From assembly GCF_037042905.1 (NCBI RefSeq), contig NC_087246.1, positions 5,334,001-5,398,000 of the forward strand: a stretch of 64,000 bases of DNA. Direction: 5' to 3'. This DNA is from Lytechinus pictus (Eukaryota). This document shows positions 23,381 through 34,624 of the stretch, piece by piece. How positions within the stretch are numbered: position 1 is the first letter of the stretch; each line of letters opens with the position of its first letter. Both the position numbers and the translations under genes were made by a program. The notes beneath the pieces were generated by a model. That model saw nothing but the letters and a program-made list of their open reading frames with translations. It searched no databases and had not been told where the DNA came from.

Positions 23381-25133
23381 ATTGTAACGTTGATTCTTTG
23401 TTGGTCTAATTTTAAACAAATCCAACGATGCACCATCTCCATCAAACAGTTTTCAACACTGTGCCATCATCATGTGTAACCTGTTCATGATTCTATCAAA
23501 AAACATTACAACTATTATTACAGCTATTTATTTCTTTTCATTCTTTCTGTTACAAGTCTCTTCACATAATTAAGAGGAATCAAGAGAATTACGTGCGATA
23601 TTTATTTATCACAAAAACTCACATGTGTAATTGCAGTCTCTCAGTATTTACAAAATCTAAAAGGAAGGTCGCGTAACTTGGCCTCACTCAGAGTAACGTA
23701 ACTACTGCCTACTGTAACTAAAGAGTGCCTCTTTTTTATTAAGATAGAAGTCAACTGATATCTCAATATGCATGGCCATGGCCCAGTCTCGCTCGTGCCA
23801 TAATTATTAAATGATATTTCAGCGTCAAGTGTAGCATGCCTCACATAGCAACTACAGGTTTGACTGCAGTTGGAAAACACTCGGTCCAGGCTAGGCCAGG
23901 CAGGACCGACCAGGTCAATTCAAGGCAGCGTATAATAAATAAGGCAGGAATGCCAGGTAGCAAGTCATTGGGTGATTTCAAGTACGGTGTACGGTGTTGA
24001 GAGCGTGAAAGGGCTGCTGAACTGAGCTCCAACACCAAGCGTAATATTATTTTTCATTGAAATGTATTAAAACTCTAATGATTTGCTCTCATCTTAAATG
24101 TAAAAGATAATTTTACGGAGATGGTTCGTCGTGTTCGCCCCCTGTTCGTGAGCTACAGTTCATCAACACCAACACTGAACTTTAAATCACGATTCTCCCA
24201 ATCCCTGGGGGCCGGTGTTGCTGAATGGGGAAATTGCTTGTAGATCATCAACACCATGCAGCCACAGTGCAGTGTTGGGTTCAGCAGATGACAATCAACA
24301 CCAGCCTTCAACACAAACTGCCGGAAATACACCATATTTTCCAAGGTCAATCTCAACACCAGCCTGATTCAAGTACGGTGTTGTCACAACTCCAACACCA
24401 GATTTCAACACTAGCTGTACTTGAAATTATTGAAATCACCCAATGACTGTTGCCTTGCCCTTGGTATCGCATACTCGTTCCCACTCACACGTATTGCGAG
24501 GTTAGTATTATATTAGTCACTCACACAAGCTAATTACGAGGTTAGTTAGTATGTTATACTGTGCAGTGACTGGTGTCAATTACTACTTTACTACTACTTA
24601 CACGAATATAGTAGCGTCGGACTGTACGCGCACAGAAGCTGACTCCGGGATCTTTCGGAGGGGATCAATGGTTGCAGTTACCGATTATCTGCAAGTGCAA
24701 AGAAAATTCCACTGTAGATTGTAGGTCCTAAATATGCAGCTTATAAGTACTGTTCCAGATCACTAGATATTCTGGAATTCAATTGTCTATATCCACTATC
24801 CAGTCCAAATTCTACCAGATTCTTCAAGTTCAAAATTGAAGGAAGCAGACTACACAGACATGACAGAAGGAGTCCGACGTCGAGACTAATTCTGCGCATC
24901 AGAATAGTATGGTATTTTTAAATAGGCACATTTGATGCTTGTATTTCCTTCTTCAATTTCTTCTAGTTATGTGACGGTAGGCCTATGAATTATCTCGTAC
25001 TTACTGTGAAAGGCCGAGCCAGCTGCAAAGGACGAGGGCGTTTCTGGAAATTCTGGTCTTGAACTACATTTTTTTTCTTGTTTTTCTCCTTTATTTTCTA
25101 TATTAATCGACACATTTGCATCCCCCGGTGCAT

Positions 25134-26667
25134 CCCAGGACCAAAATCCAGTTGAAACCAATTAGAGCAAAACCAATTGAAACCAGTTGGCCAACTGGTT
25201 TCAATAGGGAAATTGGAACAACTGGAACCAATTGAAACCAGTTGCCAACTGGTTCCAGTTAAAACCAATTGGGCAACTGGAACCAGTTGGCAATTGGTTT
25301 CAATTGGTTCCAGTTGAAACCAATTAAGCAACTAGATGGCAACTGGTTTCAATTGGTTCCAGTTGTTCCAATTTCCCTATTAAAACCAGTTGAAACTAAT
25401 TGGTTTCCAACTGGATCCAATTGGAATTCCAGTTGGAATGACTTAATTAGTTACAAATTAATTAGAATTTGCACTAACTATATTGCTCATGCCATCAAAG
25501 AAGCAGTGCTATATGTTTATTAATACCAATGTAAAGGGCATTGATAAAATAGACATTCTTAATGTATATAAATTTATATGAAAGATCTTCAAATATATGT
25601 ATTTGTATTTGATGTAATTTGGTAACAGTTAGTGGTGTACTAATTATCTTATAATCTGTTTTAATTATAATCTATAACATTTATGAACATGGTTTTCACT
25701 GCTAAGCATTCTAAACACTTATCTGAAACAAGTATGGTACTTGAATTAGAAAAGAATTAAATAGATACATTTTAAATGATGATGAATCACATAAAACATT
25801 AATCTGTGCACACTGGCAGATAATATGCAAATTAACTGGTTTCAATTGGAATCAGTTGGGTAACTGGAAAATTTCCAATTGGATACCAATTGGAAGTCAT
25901 TTCCAGTTACCCAACTGGATCCAGTTAGGATTTCCAGTTACCCAACAGGATCCAATTAGAATTAATTTCCAGTTAATCACCTTTCCAGTTAGAAGTCATC
26001 TCCATTTACCCAATTGGTTCCAGTTAGGATTTCCAGTTACCCAACTGGTTCCAGTTAGAAATCATTTCCAGTTGGAAGTCATTTCCAGTTACCCAACTGG
26101 TTCCAGTTAGGATTTCCAGTTACCCAACTGGTTCCAGTTAGAAATAATTTCCAATTAGAAGTCATTTCCAGTTACCCAACTGGTTCCAGTTAGGATTTCC
26201 AGTTACCCAACTGGTTCCAGTTAGAAATCATTTCCAGTTAGAAGTCATTTCCAGTTACCCAACTGGTTCCAGTTAGGATTTCCAGTTACCCAACTGGTTC
26301 CAGTTAGAAATCATTTCCAGTTGGAAGTCATTTCCAGTTACCCATGCAACTGGTTCCAGTTAGGATTTCCAGTTACCCAACTGGTTCTAGTTAGAAATCA
26401 TTTCCAGTTAGAAGTCATATCCAGTTACCCAACTGGTTCCAGTTAGGATTTCCAGTTACCCAACTGGTTCCAGTTAGAAATCATTTCCAGTTGGAAGTCA
26501 TTTCCAGTTACCCAACTGGTTCCAGTTAGGATTTCCAGTTGCCCAACTGGTTTCAATTGGTTTCAATTGGAAATTGTTATATTCCAGTTAAAACCAATTG
26601 AAACCAGTTGAAACCAATTGAAACCAGTTGGAAATCCAACTGGTTTCAATTGGATTTTGGTCCTGGG
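25134..26667. mobile_element. 1.5-kb nested EnSpm/CACTA-like non-autonomous element with 2-bp AT TSD
   Basis: AT|CCCAGGACCAAAATCCA...TGGATTTTGGTCCTGGG|AT. The empty site GTGC-AT-GCAGCC is seen in copy 1 at 564-575. CCAATTG/CCAGTTG/CAACTGG subterminal repeats. Confidence 0.95.
25890..26550. repeat. 83-bp higher-order tandem repeat inside the nested element
   Basis: TAGGATT recurs at 26025, 26108, 26191, 26274, 26361, 26444 and 26527, giving a period of 83 with one unit 4 bp longer. The unit is 31+35+17-bp subunits that each start TTTCCAGTT. Confidence 0.9.
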
Positions 26668-26959
26668 ATGCAGCCTCTCTATTCTACCCCATCTTTATTT
26701 TTGTTTTCCCCTTAGACTTAGTTTTAGTTCCTCTTTCCCTTCCCATTATTTTCCTTCTCTCTCGATTTCTTTTCCCCTTATTGCTGGGGGATACCAAGGG
26801 TGACATGGATAGACAAGCAAACTTACTTGATCGACCCCCCCCCTTGGCCCCATTAATAATTATGCGAGTAGTCGTCTGTATATCATTATCAATTCTCCAA
26901 TGAACCAGTTTCTAACGTTCTCAACACTGTGTATATTATGCCGGGATATTATGTTGACT

Positions 26960-28290
26960 GTCAAACAAATATCCAACAAACTATAGTTTCCAACATTGTG
27001 TCAATGTTAACTGTCAACAACTCTCCAATAAACTATTCCAATTACGCTGTCCACGTTGTGCCATTGTCCGTTGTTCAACAACTCTCCGTCAAACTAGTTT
27101 CCACTCCTTTGTCAACGTTGTGCCATTGTCGACTGTCCAACAAATCTCCAAGAAAATAGTTTCCAACGTTGTTCCTTTGTCGGTTGTTCAGCAACTCTCC
27201 ATCGAACTAGTTTCCGACGTAGTCAACGCTGTGCCTTTGTTGGCTGTTCAACACCTATCCAATCAAACACGCGTTTCCAACGTTGTGACGTTGTTGGCTG
27301 TCCAGCAAATCTCCAACACACTAGTTTCCAATGTTGTGCCATTGTCTGTTGTTCAACAACTTTCCAACGTTGCCAACGTTGTGTCATCGTCGACTATCCT
27401 ACTGATCTCCAATCTACCAGTTTCCAACGTTGTGCCAGTGTCAGTTGTTCAACAACCTCCCATCTAACTAGTTTCCAGCTTTATCAACGTTGTGTCATTG
27501 TATACTATCTAACTAATCTCCAATCTACCAGTTTCCAACGTTGTGCCATCGTCGACTATCCAACAAATCTCCATCGAACTAGTTTCTAGCTTTGACAACG
27601 TTGTGCCATAGTTGGTTGTTCAACAACTTTCCATCGAACTAGTTTCCAACGTTGCCAACCTTGTGTCATCGTCGACTATCCAACTTATCTCCAACCTACT
27701 AGTTTCCATCGTTGTGCAATTGTCGACTGTCCAACAACTCTCCAACTAACAAGTTTTCAACGTTGCCAACGTCGTGTCATTGTTGATTGTTCAACAACTT
27801 TCCAGCGAACTAGATTCCAACGTTGCCAACGTTGTACCTTTGCTGGCTGTCAACAACTATCCAATCAAACGTGTCTCCAACGTTGAGACATTGTCGACTG
27901 TCCAACAACTCTCCAACTTACTAGTCTCCATTGTTGTGCCATTGTCGACCGTCCAACAAATCTCCAACAAACTAGTTTCCAACTTTGTCGACGTTGTGCC
28001 ATTGTCGGTTATTCAACAACTTTCCAGCGAACTAGTTTCCAACGTTGCCAACGTTGTGCCTTTGCTGGCTGTTCAACAACTATCCAATCAAACGTGTTTC
28101 CAACGTTGTGACATTGTCGACTGTCCAACAACTCTCCAACTAACAAGTTTCCAACGTTGCCAACGTCGTGTCATTGTTGATTGTCCATCATCTTTCCATC
28201 AAACTAGTTTCCAACGTCGATTCAACGTTAATCCATCAAGTTTTTCCAACGTCCAACGACTTTCAAGTTTCCAACGTGGAGCCAACGTTG
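26960..28290. repeat. CAACGTTG subterminal array of copy 2
   Basis: Colinear, unit for unit, with about 860-2185. Confidence 0.9.
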
Positions 28291-28647
28291 GCTTGTTACC
28301 TGGGTACATTTGGTTGTACCGCTTCACCTCCCACACCTCGTTCAAATCAGACCCTAAACACGTAGTGTTGGGGCAAAAAGTACATCCTTTATAAAGCATT
28401 TTACTCTTTTTTATACCCTCGCAAACTTGACCATAAACACGTAGCTTTCTTAGCGTTGTTGACACCCTTATTACGTTACCTACTTAACATGCCCAATCTT
28501 GAAAAAGAGATCTTTTTTACGCGTTCTTTGGTGCATGGTCGCGCCTGGTATGCAAGGTCAATGGAAGTGCCCCCCCCCCCCCCCCCGGCCCCGGGCGGCT
28601 ACCTCGAGTGCTAGGAGCCAAATGTGGCTTTGGAAACTCGTCCTCAA

Positions 28648-29236
28648 CCCGGGGGGGGGGGGCACTTCCATGGACGAGGTGGATACAATGAGTGAAAATG
28701 GGGTTTCGAAAAGCACCATAAACACCCTAAACAGGTATTTTCCATGTTCTGAAAATGCACCCCTTAACAAGTATTGGCGTGTTAAACATTACCCTTAACG
28801 AGTATTGGAAACAAAGTTTCCAATGTTCCCTTGCCAAATTAAGTATTCCCTTACTTTGACCCCCTAAACAAGTGCAGCGATAGTTTAACAACCCCAGCAT
28901 TAGTAGCAATCCTTTTTCTAGTATGTGTATATATGCACATTTGAGTTTATTATATCAGAGAAGCAAACAAACAAACAAGTTATGAGTAAGTTTCCCGGGA
29001 CCGCCCCATCTCCCACAGGACCAAACTCGTAGTTTTTGTGCAACAAGTACTACCTTTATACTATACCCTCGCAAACTGGACCGTAAATATAGCTTTCCAA
29101 GCAAAATATTCATTATTTTAGCGTTTTTTACTATTACGTTACGTACGTAACGTGCCCTATGTTGAAAAAGAGATCCATTTACGTGTTTCTTTGGTCACGC
29201 ATGGTATCCGTTCGTCAATGTAAGTACCCCCCTGGG
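28648..29236. mobile_element. CCCGGG-ended MITE with 8-bp TSD
   Basis: GTCCTCAA|CCCGGGGG...CCCCCCTGGG|GTCCTAAA. The paralogous empty site GTCGTCCTAAATCGG is at about 3031-3045. Confidence 0.85.
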
Positions 29237-29275
29237 GTCCTAAATCGGATATGTGGCTGTTACCATAGTAGCATG

Positions 29276-29663
29276 GGTAAATGCTTATTCGTCCACTGCC
29301 TACTTGTCCACTCACCACATGGTCTACATTCATGCCATTCCGTCCATCAACATTTCGTCTAAGAACCAATTGGTCCAATAATTATTTGGTCCAATCATCA
29401 CTTCGTCTAGTCACCATTTCGTCTATTACCATTTCGTCTAATAACCGGTTGGTCTAATAACCAGTTTCTTTTCATTCATTTTGCATTAACACTTTAGTTT
29501 AATTAGACCAAATGGTTTATGGACTAAATGGCTATTGGACGGAATGGCATTAGACGAACTAAAAGTAGACCATGTGGTGAGTAGACGAACTGATGATAGA
29601 CCAAATGGTATTAGACGAGTTGGCAATTGGACGAATTGGCATTAGACGAATCGGAAATAAACC
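29276..29663. mobile_element. MITE with TTCGTCTA / TAGACGAA repeat arms and 8-bp TSD
   Basis: GTAGCATG|GGTAAAT...ATAAACC|GTAACATG. TTCGTCYA/TTGGTCYA motifs in the left half are mirrored in the right half. Confidence 0.75.
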
Positions 29664-29865
29664 GTAACATGCACACGCGTACCGCAGATTGAATGTTTCC
29701 GTTGTGGATGCGAAAGGTAAACAAATTCTCATGTCACACAACTTGCATTGCAGGACAGTCTTTTACGACGGGCCCAAAGTCCCTTTCCCGTCGTGAAGGT
29801 CCGTTCCCGTGGTCCTGGAAAAGTATGGCAGTCACCAGGAAGGACCAAACATACCCTGCCCGAAC

Positions 29866-30421
29866 CCCGGGGGGGGGGCCACTCAGTATATAATGCATAG
29901 TGGGTATGTGCCGCGGAGGGGACCCCCATTTTTACACTCAAATTTCCGTTCCAAGGCATAGCATTTTTGTCTTATTGAAAAAAAGAACAAAGAAAGCCGA
30001 TCCAAAGCATAGCATTTTCTTCTTATCGAGAAAAAAAGAAGAAAGAAATCCGCTATAAAGCTTCGCATATTTTCCGTTACGCCGTTCCGGCCGTATTGAT
30101 CTGCTACAACGAGCCGCAGTTTTGGTGAAAAGCGGCCGCAGAGCGCTGTCCGACCATCGCATCTGCGCTAGCGCACCCGGCGCCCGTGCCGCCGCTGCAT
30201 GCACGTATATATGCCCGTTCCATAGGGATGACGGAATACGCAATCCGACACGCAGGCGTCCCGTTCCAAGGACCCCCGTTTTCACAAACATTTGTCGTTC
30301 CAAAACCCGTTCCGAGGACCCTCCTTTTTACAATAAGCCCGCTCCAAGGCCTCCGTTTTTTGTCTCGCCCGCGGCACATACCCACTACTTTTTTGGTCGA
30401 GTGCCCCCCCCCCCCCCCGGG
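29866..30421. mobile_element. CCCGGG-ended MITE with perfect 8-bp TSD
   Basis: GCCCGAAC at 29858-29865 and 30422-30429. TIR includes TAGTGGGTATGTGCCGCGG / CCGCGGCACATACCCACTA. Internal CCGTTCC repeats. Confidence 0.9.
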
Positions 30422-30557
30422 GCCCGAACTACCTCTCGTTTTTTAGACGCCATAGATTCAGCCATGTCCCGCTCAGTCAAAAAGGGGTATTGCTTCGAAT
30501 CGATATATTAGCATGCATTTTGGCTAATGTTTCCTTATCAATGAATTACTGATTCAG

Positions 30558-30707
30558 ATTGATGTTGGGAAACCTTCTTCCATTACTGGTATCATCGTAC
30601 AAGGACGATATAATCTACAACAATGGATTACGTCGTTAAAAGTGTCCTATTCACTAGATGACATCGAATGGACTTTCGCATTGGAAGGACAATGCGGTGA
30701 GGTAAAA
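30558..30707 (+). CDS. Discoidin domain 2 middle exon
   Basis: Acceptor GATTCAG, donor AAA|GTAAGT. IDVGKPSSITGIIVQGRYNLQQWITSLKVSYSLDDIEWTFALEGQCGEVK continues the WVK of exon 7947-8161 exactly (WxxID...ITGIxxQG motif). Not in the ORF track. Confidence 0.9.
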
Positions 30708-31089
30708 GTAAGTATGCAGGGAATTTGATATTGGGAGATTTTATTGATCCATTTATGTTTTAACTCACCGATTTTGACAGCTTGTTGATTGTCCTATTCA
30801 TCAGTAATATTACAAACCAGAGATATGTTCCCTCAATGGAATGTCAATATCATAATTTGAAGTTTTAGCCCTACCCAAATCAAATTACTACTTGGTATTT
30901 GTTTAATAGACTCATGACAGACAGTGCAATATCAGCGTTGTGGCGATGGATATCTGGCCTTGTGCGATCATCTTGATTTTCACGTTCTTTATTATTATGT
31001 TCATGCTTATCTTTCAAGATGACTGTAATCGAGAGGGGGAAACAGATTTATCTTGCATTGTTATGCCTTTTTACCACTCCTTATTTCAG

Positions 31090-31233
31090 ATATACTCGGC
31101 AAACTATGATAATACAACACCTGTGACCATCCTGTTTAACCAACTCGTCATTGCTCGATACGTAAGGATTCATCCTATTACATGGGTTTTGCATCAGGCC
31201 ATGAGATATGAAGTTCTTGGTATACAAGATTAG
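31090..31233 (+). CDS. Discoidin domain 2 terminal exon with stop codon
   Basis: Acceptor TTATTTCAG. IYSANYDNTTPVTILFNQLVIARYVRIHPITWVLHQAMRYEVLGIQD* contains the ARYVRIHP motif. Confidence 0.92.
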   Translation: MYSANYDNTTPVTILFNQLVIARYVRIHPITWVLHQAMRYEVLGIQD

Positions 31234-31438
31234 ACAGACGTTTATTAACAGCATGGAAATTAGTTTGCATTCCCTTTTAGTAGATGGATATTTTAAATAT
31301 CAACTCTGTCACTGCAATAATCGATGTCAATTATCAACTCTATTGCGATTTCGATTTTTTTTCTTCACTTTTGTTATTATTTCTGTTGCATGTACATAAA
31401 TAGAAAAGAAAGCTTTCAGTTTTAAAATGAATGTTTCT

Positions 31439-31444
31439 AATAAA
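31439..31444 (+). promoter_or_regulatory. Candidate polyadenylation signal of the discoidin gene
   Basis: AATAAA about 200 nt after the stop codon, followed by T/GT-rich sequence. Confidence 0.5.
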
Positions 31445-32087
31445 ATTGTTTAATCTTGTTACGGTTAGTTTTTTTCAATCACTCTTTTATTAATTCAATA
31501 CTTCATTTGTCAATTATGAGGATATATTACAGTTCAATGCCTTTATGTGATGTTATTTGATAAATAAGAAATGTGAAAGAATGTTAAATATAATCAGTTA
31601 TCGCATAATCAATATCAAACACTCTTCAGGGCTCTCTTCTTTGTATTATTATATCAAGTAGAGTTGGTCTAAATGCATTACTATCGTCGTTGTAGAAAAC
31701 TATTTATTTCAATTAAATTCATAAAACAATATGAAATGCAGCAATTAAGTTTCAATGAATAAATGAATGGATGAATTGATCAATCAATCAATCAACCAAT
31801 GAACCATTAGGCCAGTTTTTTGTTGACTAATATTGTAACACTTTGCAATGATATAAGCTGAATAAATTTGATGCTACTACAAAAAAAAAGAAGAGGTGGA
31901 ATACGATGAAAACTGGCGGTATTTTAACTTACCACCCTACTGCTGTGTAGTAAATTAAACATTTCTTTGTCTGATTGATGACCGCGAATCATATTCACCC
32001 AATTAACACTTAACCTTTTAATTGAAATGTATTCTCTTTGAGTTATTTTCACCGTCTCTGCATGTGATGTAGAAAGAAGGACACAAG

Positions 32088-32295
32088 TATTATTATTATT
32101 ATTATTTTCATTATAATTATTATCATTTTAATTATCAATATGTTTATCATTATCATTTTTATCATTATTATTATTACTTTTACTATTATGAAGGTAATGA
32201 TGATGATGGTGGTGATGCTGATGATGATTATTATTATCATCATCGTCATCATCGTGACTATTATCCTTATCATAATTATCGCCGACCTCATCATT
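32088..32295. repeat. Degenerate (TAT/CAT/GAT)n microsatellite
   Basis: Seen directly; it generates the poly-I/M/D/H ORFs. Confidence 0.85.
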
Positions 32296-32889
32296 GTTTT
32301 TCTTATTTTCGTTTCCATTTCTTATTGTTATCAATATACTGAATGAATTGAATTGTATCTTTGGTAGGATATCACCATAATTTGCCAAAATTAACTTTTG
32401 TGCCATGTCACCCCCCCCCCCAAAAAAAAAAGTTTGTGTAGACACTAACATGATTGACTTATTAGAACTGTGGTGTGCGTGTGTAAATGACAATCAGTCG
32501 TATATATATTACAAGACATGCCAATGTGTGTTTGTGAATTGTAATTAGAACGTCTTGGTATTTACATGCTTGTATTCAAATAAGATTCGTAGCAGACAGG
32601 GATATATTTGAAATGCCTAAAAATTGTCCTAAAAGCAGTTCCTACAACATGCATGCATTACAATAACTAAACATAAGACAAAAATGAATAAATGTGAAAC
32701 AAACAATAAATGATTCATAATAATGACAATAACAATGATATAATGCCGACATAGTCATAATAAAAGAGAAGGTTGTCCATTTTAACACAGAATATAATTT
32801 TTGTAATGATTACATATTTACATTTCATTGAAAAATATTTATACGGTATATTCAATCGTGTAATTACTCAAACTGTAATACTGCCATCT

Positions 32890-33290
32890 ATCGATGAATG
32901 AATCGTTGGAATCATAAAAATCTAGAAATGGTAGATTTTTATATGCTATTCATGATAAGGTTTTTAAGCATGCATATAGAAAAGGTTTTTCTTGGAAAGA
33001 GGAATGCCTCCTTCATCAAATCACTGTAGGTAAGTGCAAATTAAACTATTATATGTTTCAAATTAAACAGCACTCTTCAGGCCTCTGTGAAGTTTGCAAA
33101 GTATATATCTGAGACTATTGAACATTATATTTTATTTTGTTCAAAATATGTAAAGGAGAAACGCATTATGTTTAATAAACTTAAGATAAATGACCCGAAT
33201 CTTAAACAATTGTTAATTAATCCCGATTATACACGGGAACTACTATGTTTTATACATGCCACTAACCGTTTTGACAGGAAGGATTTATAA
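32890..33290 (+). mobile_element. LINE ORF2 3' remnant with C-terminal CCHC motif (I/Nimb-like, tentative)
   Basis: In-frame ITVGKCKLNYYMFQIKQHSSGLCEVCKVYISETIEHYILFCSKY...LLCFIHATNRF. CxxC...ETxEH...C is typical of LINE ORF2 C-termini. Confidence 0.65.
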
Positions 33291-34624
33291 TTCTTATTAA
33301 TAAGAAACTAAGAAAAGACAAAACAAAAGAATAAGAAGGACAAAAAATATGTGATTTCACATTTGAATTGTTATTTGACGAAGATTTTAGGAAATTCTAT
33401 ATATATATATTATGCAATAACTAGTAGCCGATTTGTTAGCTGGTGTGCCCTTTTCCACGAACAATCATTTAGCACGCGCGATATTTAATTTCTCTATTTG
33501 TATTAAAGTTTTATTCCACGAAGATGTTTAATTTTGTAGGACCTACTAATATTATTGGTGGATGGGTGACTAATCTATATTAATATGTCATATAATCGTC
33601 ACCAATGGTTTGACGTCTTATGGATCGTTTTCCTTTGCCGAAGACGTCCTACTTACGAAAGCGACTGGCGCGTATAATCTGGAGAGATTGAAGAGCGCCA
33701 TCATATTCAACAACAACAACATAAAATGCATATAAATGACTTACAGTAAAACAATAAATTATCATGTAACATGTGTAATCTCGATGATATTGCTTAACTT
33801 GTGGTGAACTGGTTCACTACAAGCCATAAGAAGTCCTCCGTCAAAGTATTTCTCATAATTAGCATACATTGCCCCATTATGTGCATAATATCTTCTAGGT
33901 TTGGATCAACTTTGTCCACGCAATTATTGACAAATGTAGAAAATTATTGACTCCATTACGTTTTGTTTCAGCTGCTATAGGCTGAAATTAATATTTTGAT
34001 GATAATAAATAATACAAATGACTTTTTGGTTTTGTTTTATAGTGGAGCAGTGAAATGTATAATTGTCTCTCAAGAAAAATCTTGACACTCTCCATTAGAA
34101 TATCAATGTAAATCAAGTAAGATATAACTCTTCATACAGGCTTCAATCGGGAACATTATCTTTAAACCTATCTTAATCAGGGGTGGGTCCAGCTTTCACC
34201 GATGGGGGGGGGGGGGGGACGCGAAAAAAGTTTACCCATATTTTCCCCGATCGGCCTTTCAAATTTATTTTTGTTTGTTTATTTGAAGGAGTAGTCATAA
34301 TACAGACACTTTTAGCTCTATTCGTTTAAAACAACGTAAATATATTTTATCTCATAAGCCCTATTTAAATATTGCGAGATTGGAATGTTAGATTATAATC
34401 AGCCACAGAACACATTATTGAGACTAAAGCAAAAGACAGGTTTTAATAAAATAGAAGATAGTTTTGTAACAATTTCCTTTCATGATGTTATCAAGTAAGG
34501 ATATAGAAAATATTTGCCTTAGACAGAGAAAGAAAAGTATGTGCATGGACATGTAGGTGCTTCTCCCAAATCAATCAGCACTCGTTTTGCATGCATTAGA
34601 TAGATGTGTTAAACATGGAATTAA

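Larger units (their letters stand above)
10979..28304. mobile_element. 17.3-kb EnSpm/CACTA-like element with no recognisable transposase (copy 2, both ends present)
   Basis: TA|CCCAGGTAACAA ... TTGTTACCTGGG|TA gives a 12-bp TIR and 2-bp TSD. CAACGTTG arrays at both ends (about 10990-11400 and 26960-28290). The flanks rejoin into one MITE. Confidence 0.82.
10139..28595. mobile_element. CCGGG(G)n-ended MITE split by two later insertions (pieces about 10139-10282, 10871-10978 and 28305-28595)
   Basis: Left end CCGGGGG...GCACTCTCATTAACGAGTGGATACCAGGCGCGACCA pairs with right end TGGTCGCGCCTGGTATGCAAGGTCAATGGAAGTGCCCC...CCGG. The internal pieces are colinear with the uninterrupted relative at 28648-29236. 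Confidence 0.8.

Noticed and set aside
25890..26550. CRISPR-like regular array
   Set aside because: There are no unique spacers. It is a pure tandem repeat inside a eukaryotic transposon with no cas genes.
1..28304. Segmental duplication or haplotype-duplication artefact explaining the two copies
   Set aside because: Identity ends at the transposon terminus and the flanking gene exons are not duplicated.
30940..31089. Signal-peptide-like N-terminus of ORF 30940-31233
   Set aside because: Intronic read-through upstream of the acceptor at 31088-31089; only the discoidin part is coding.
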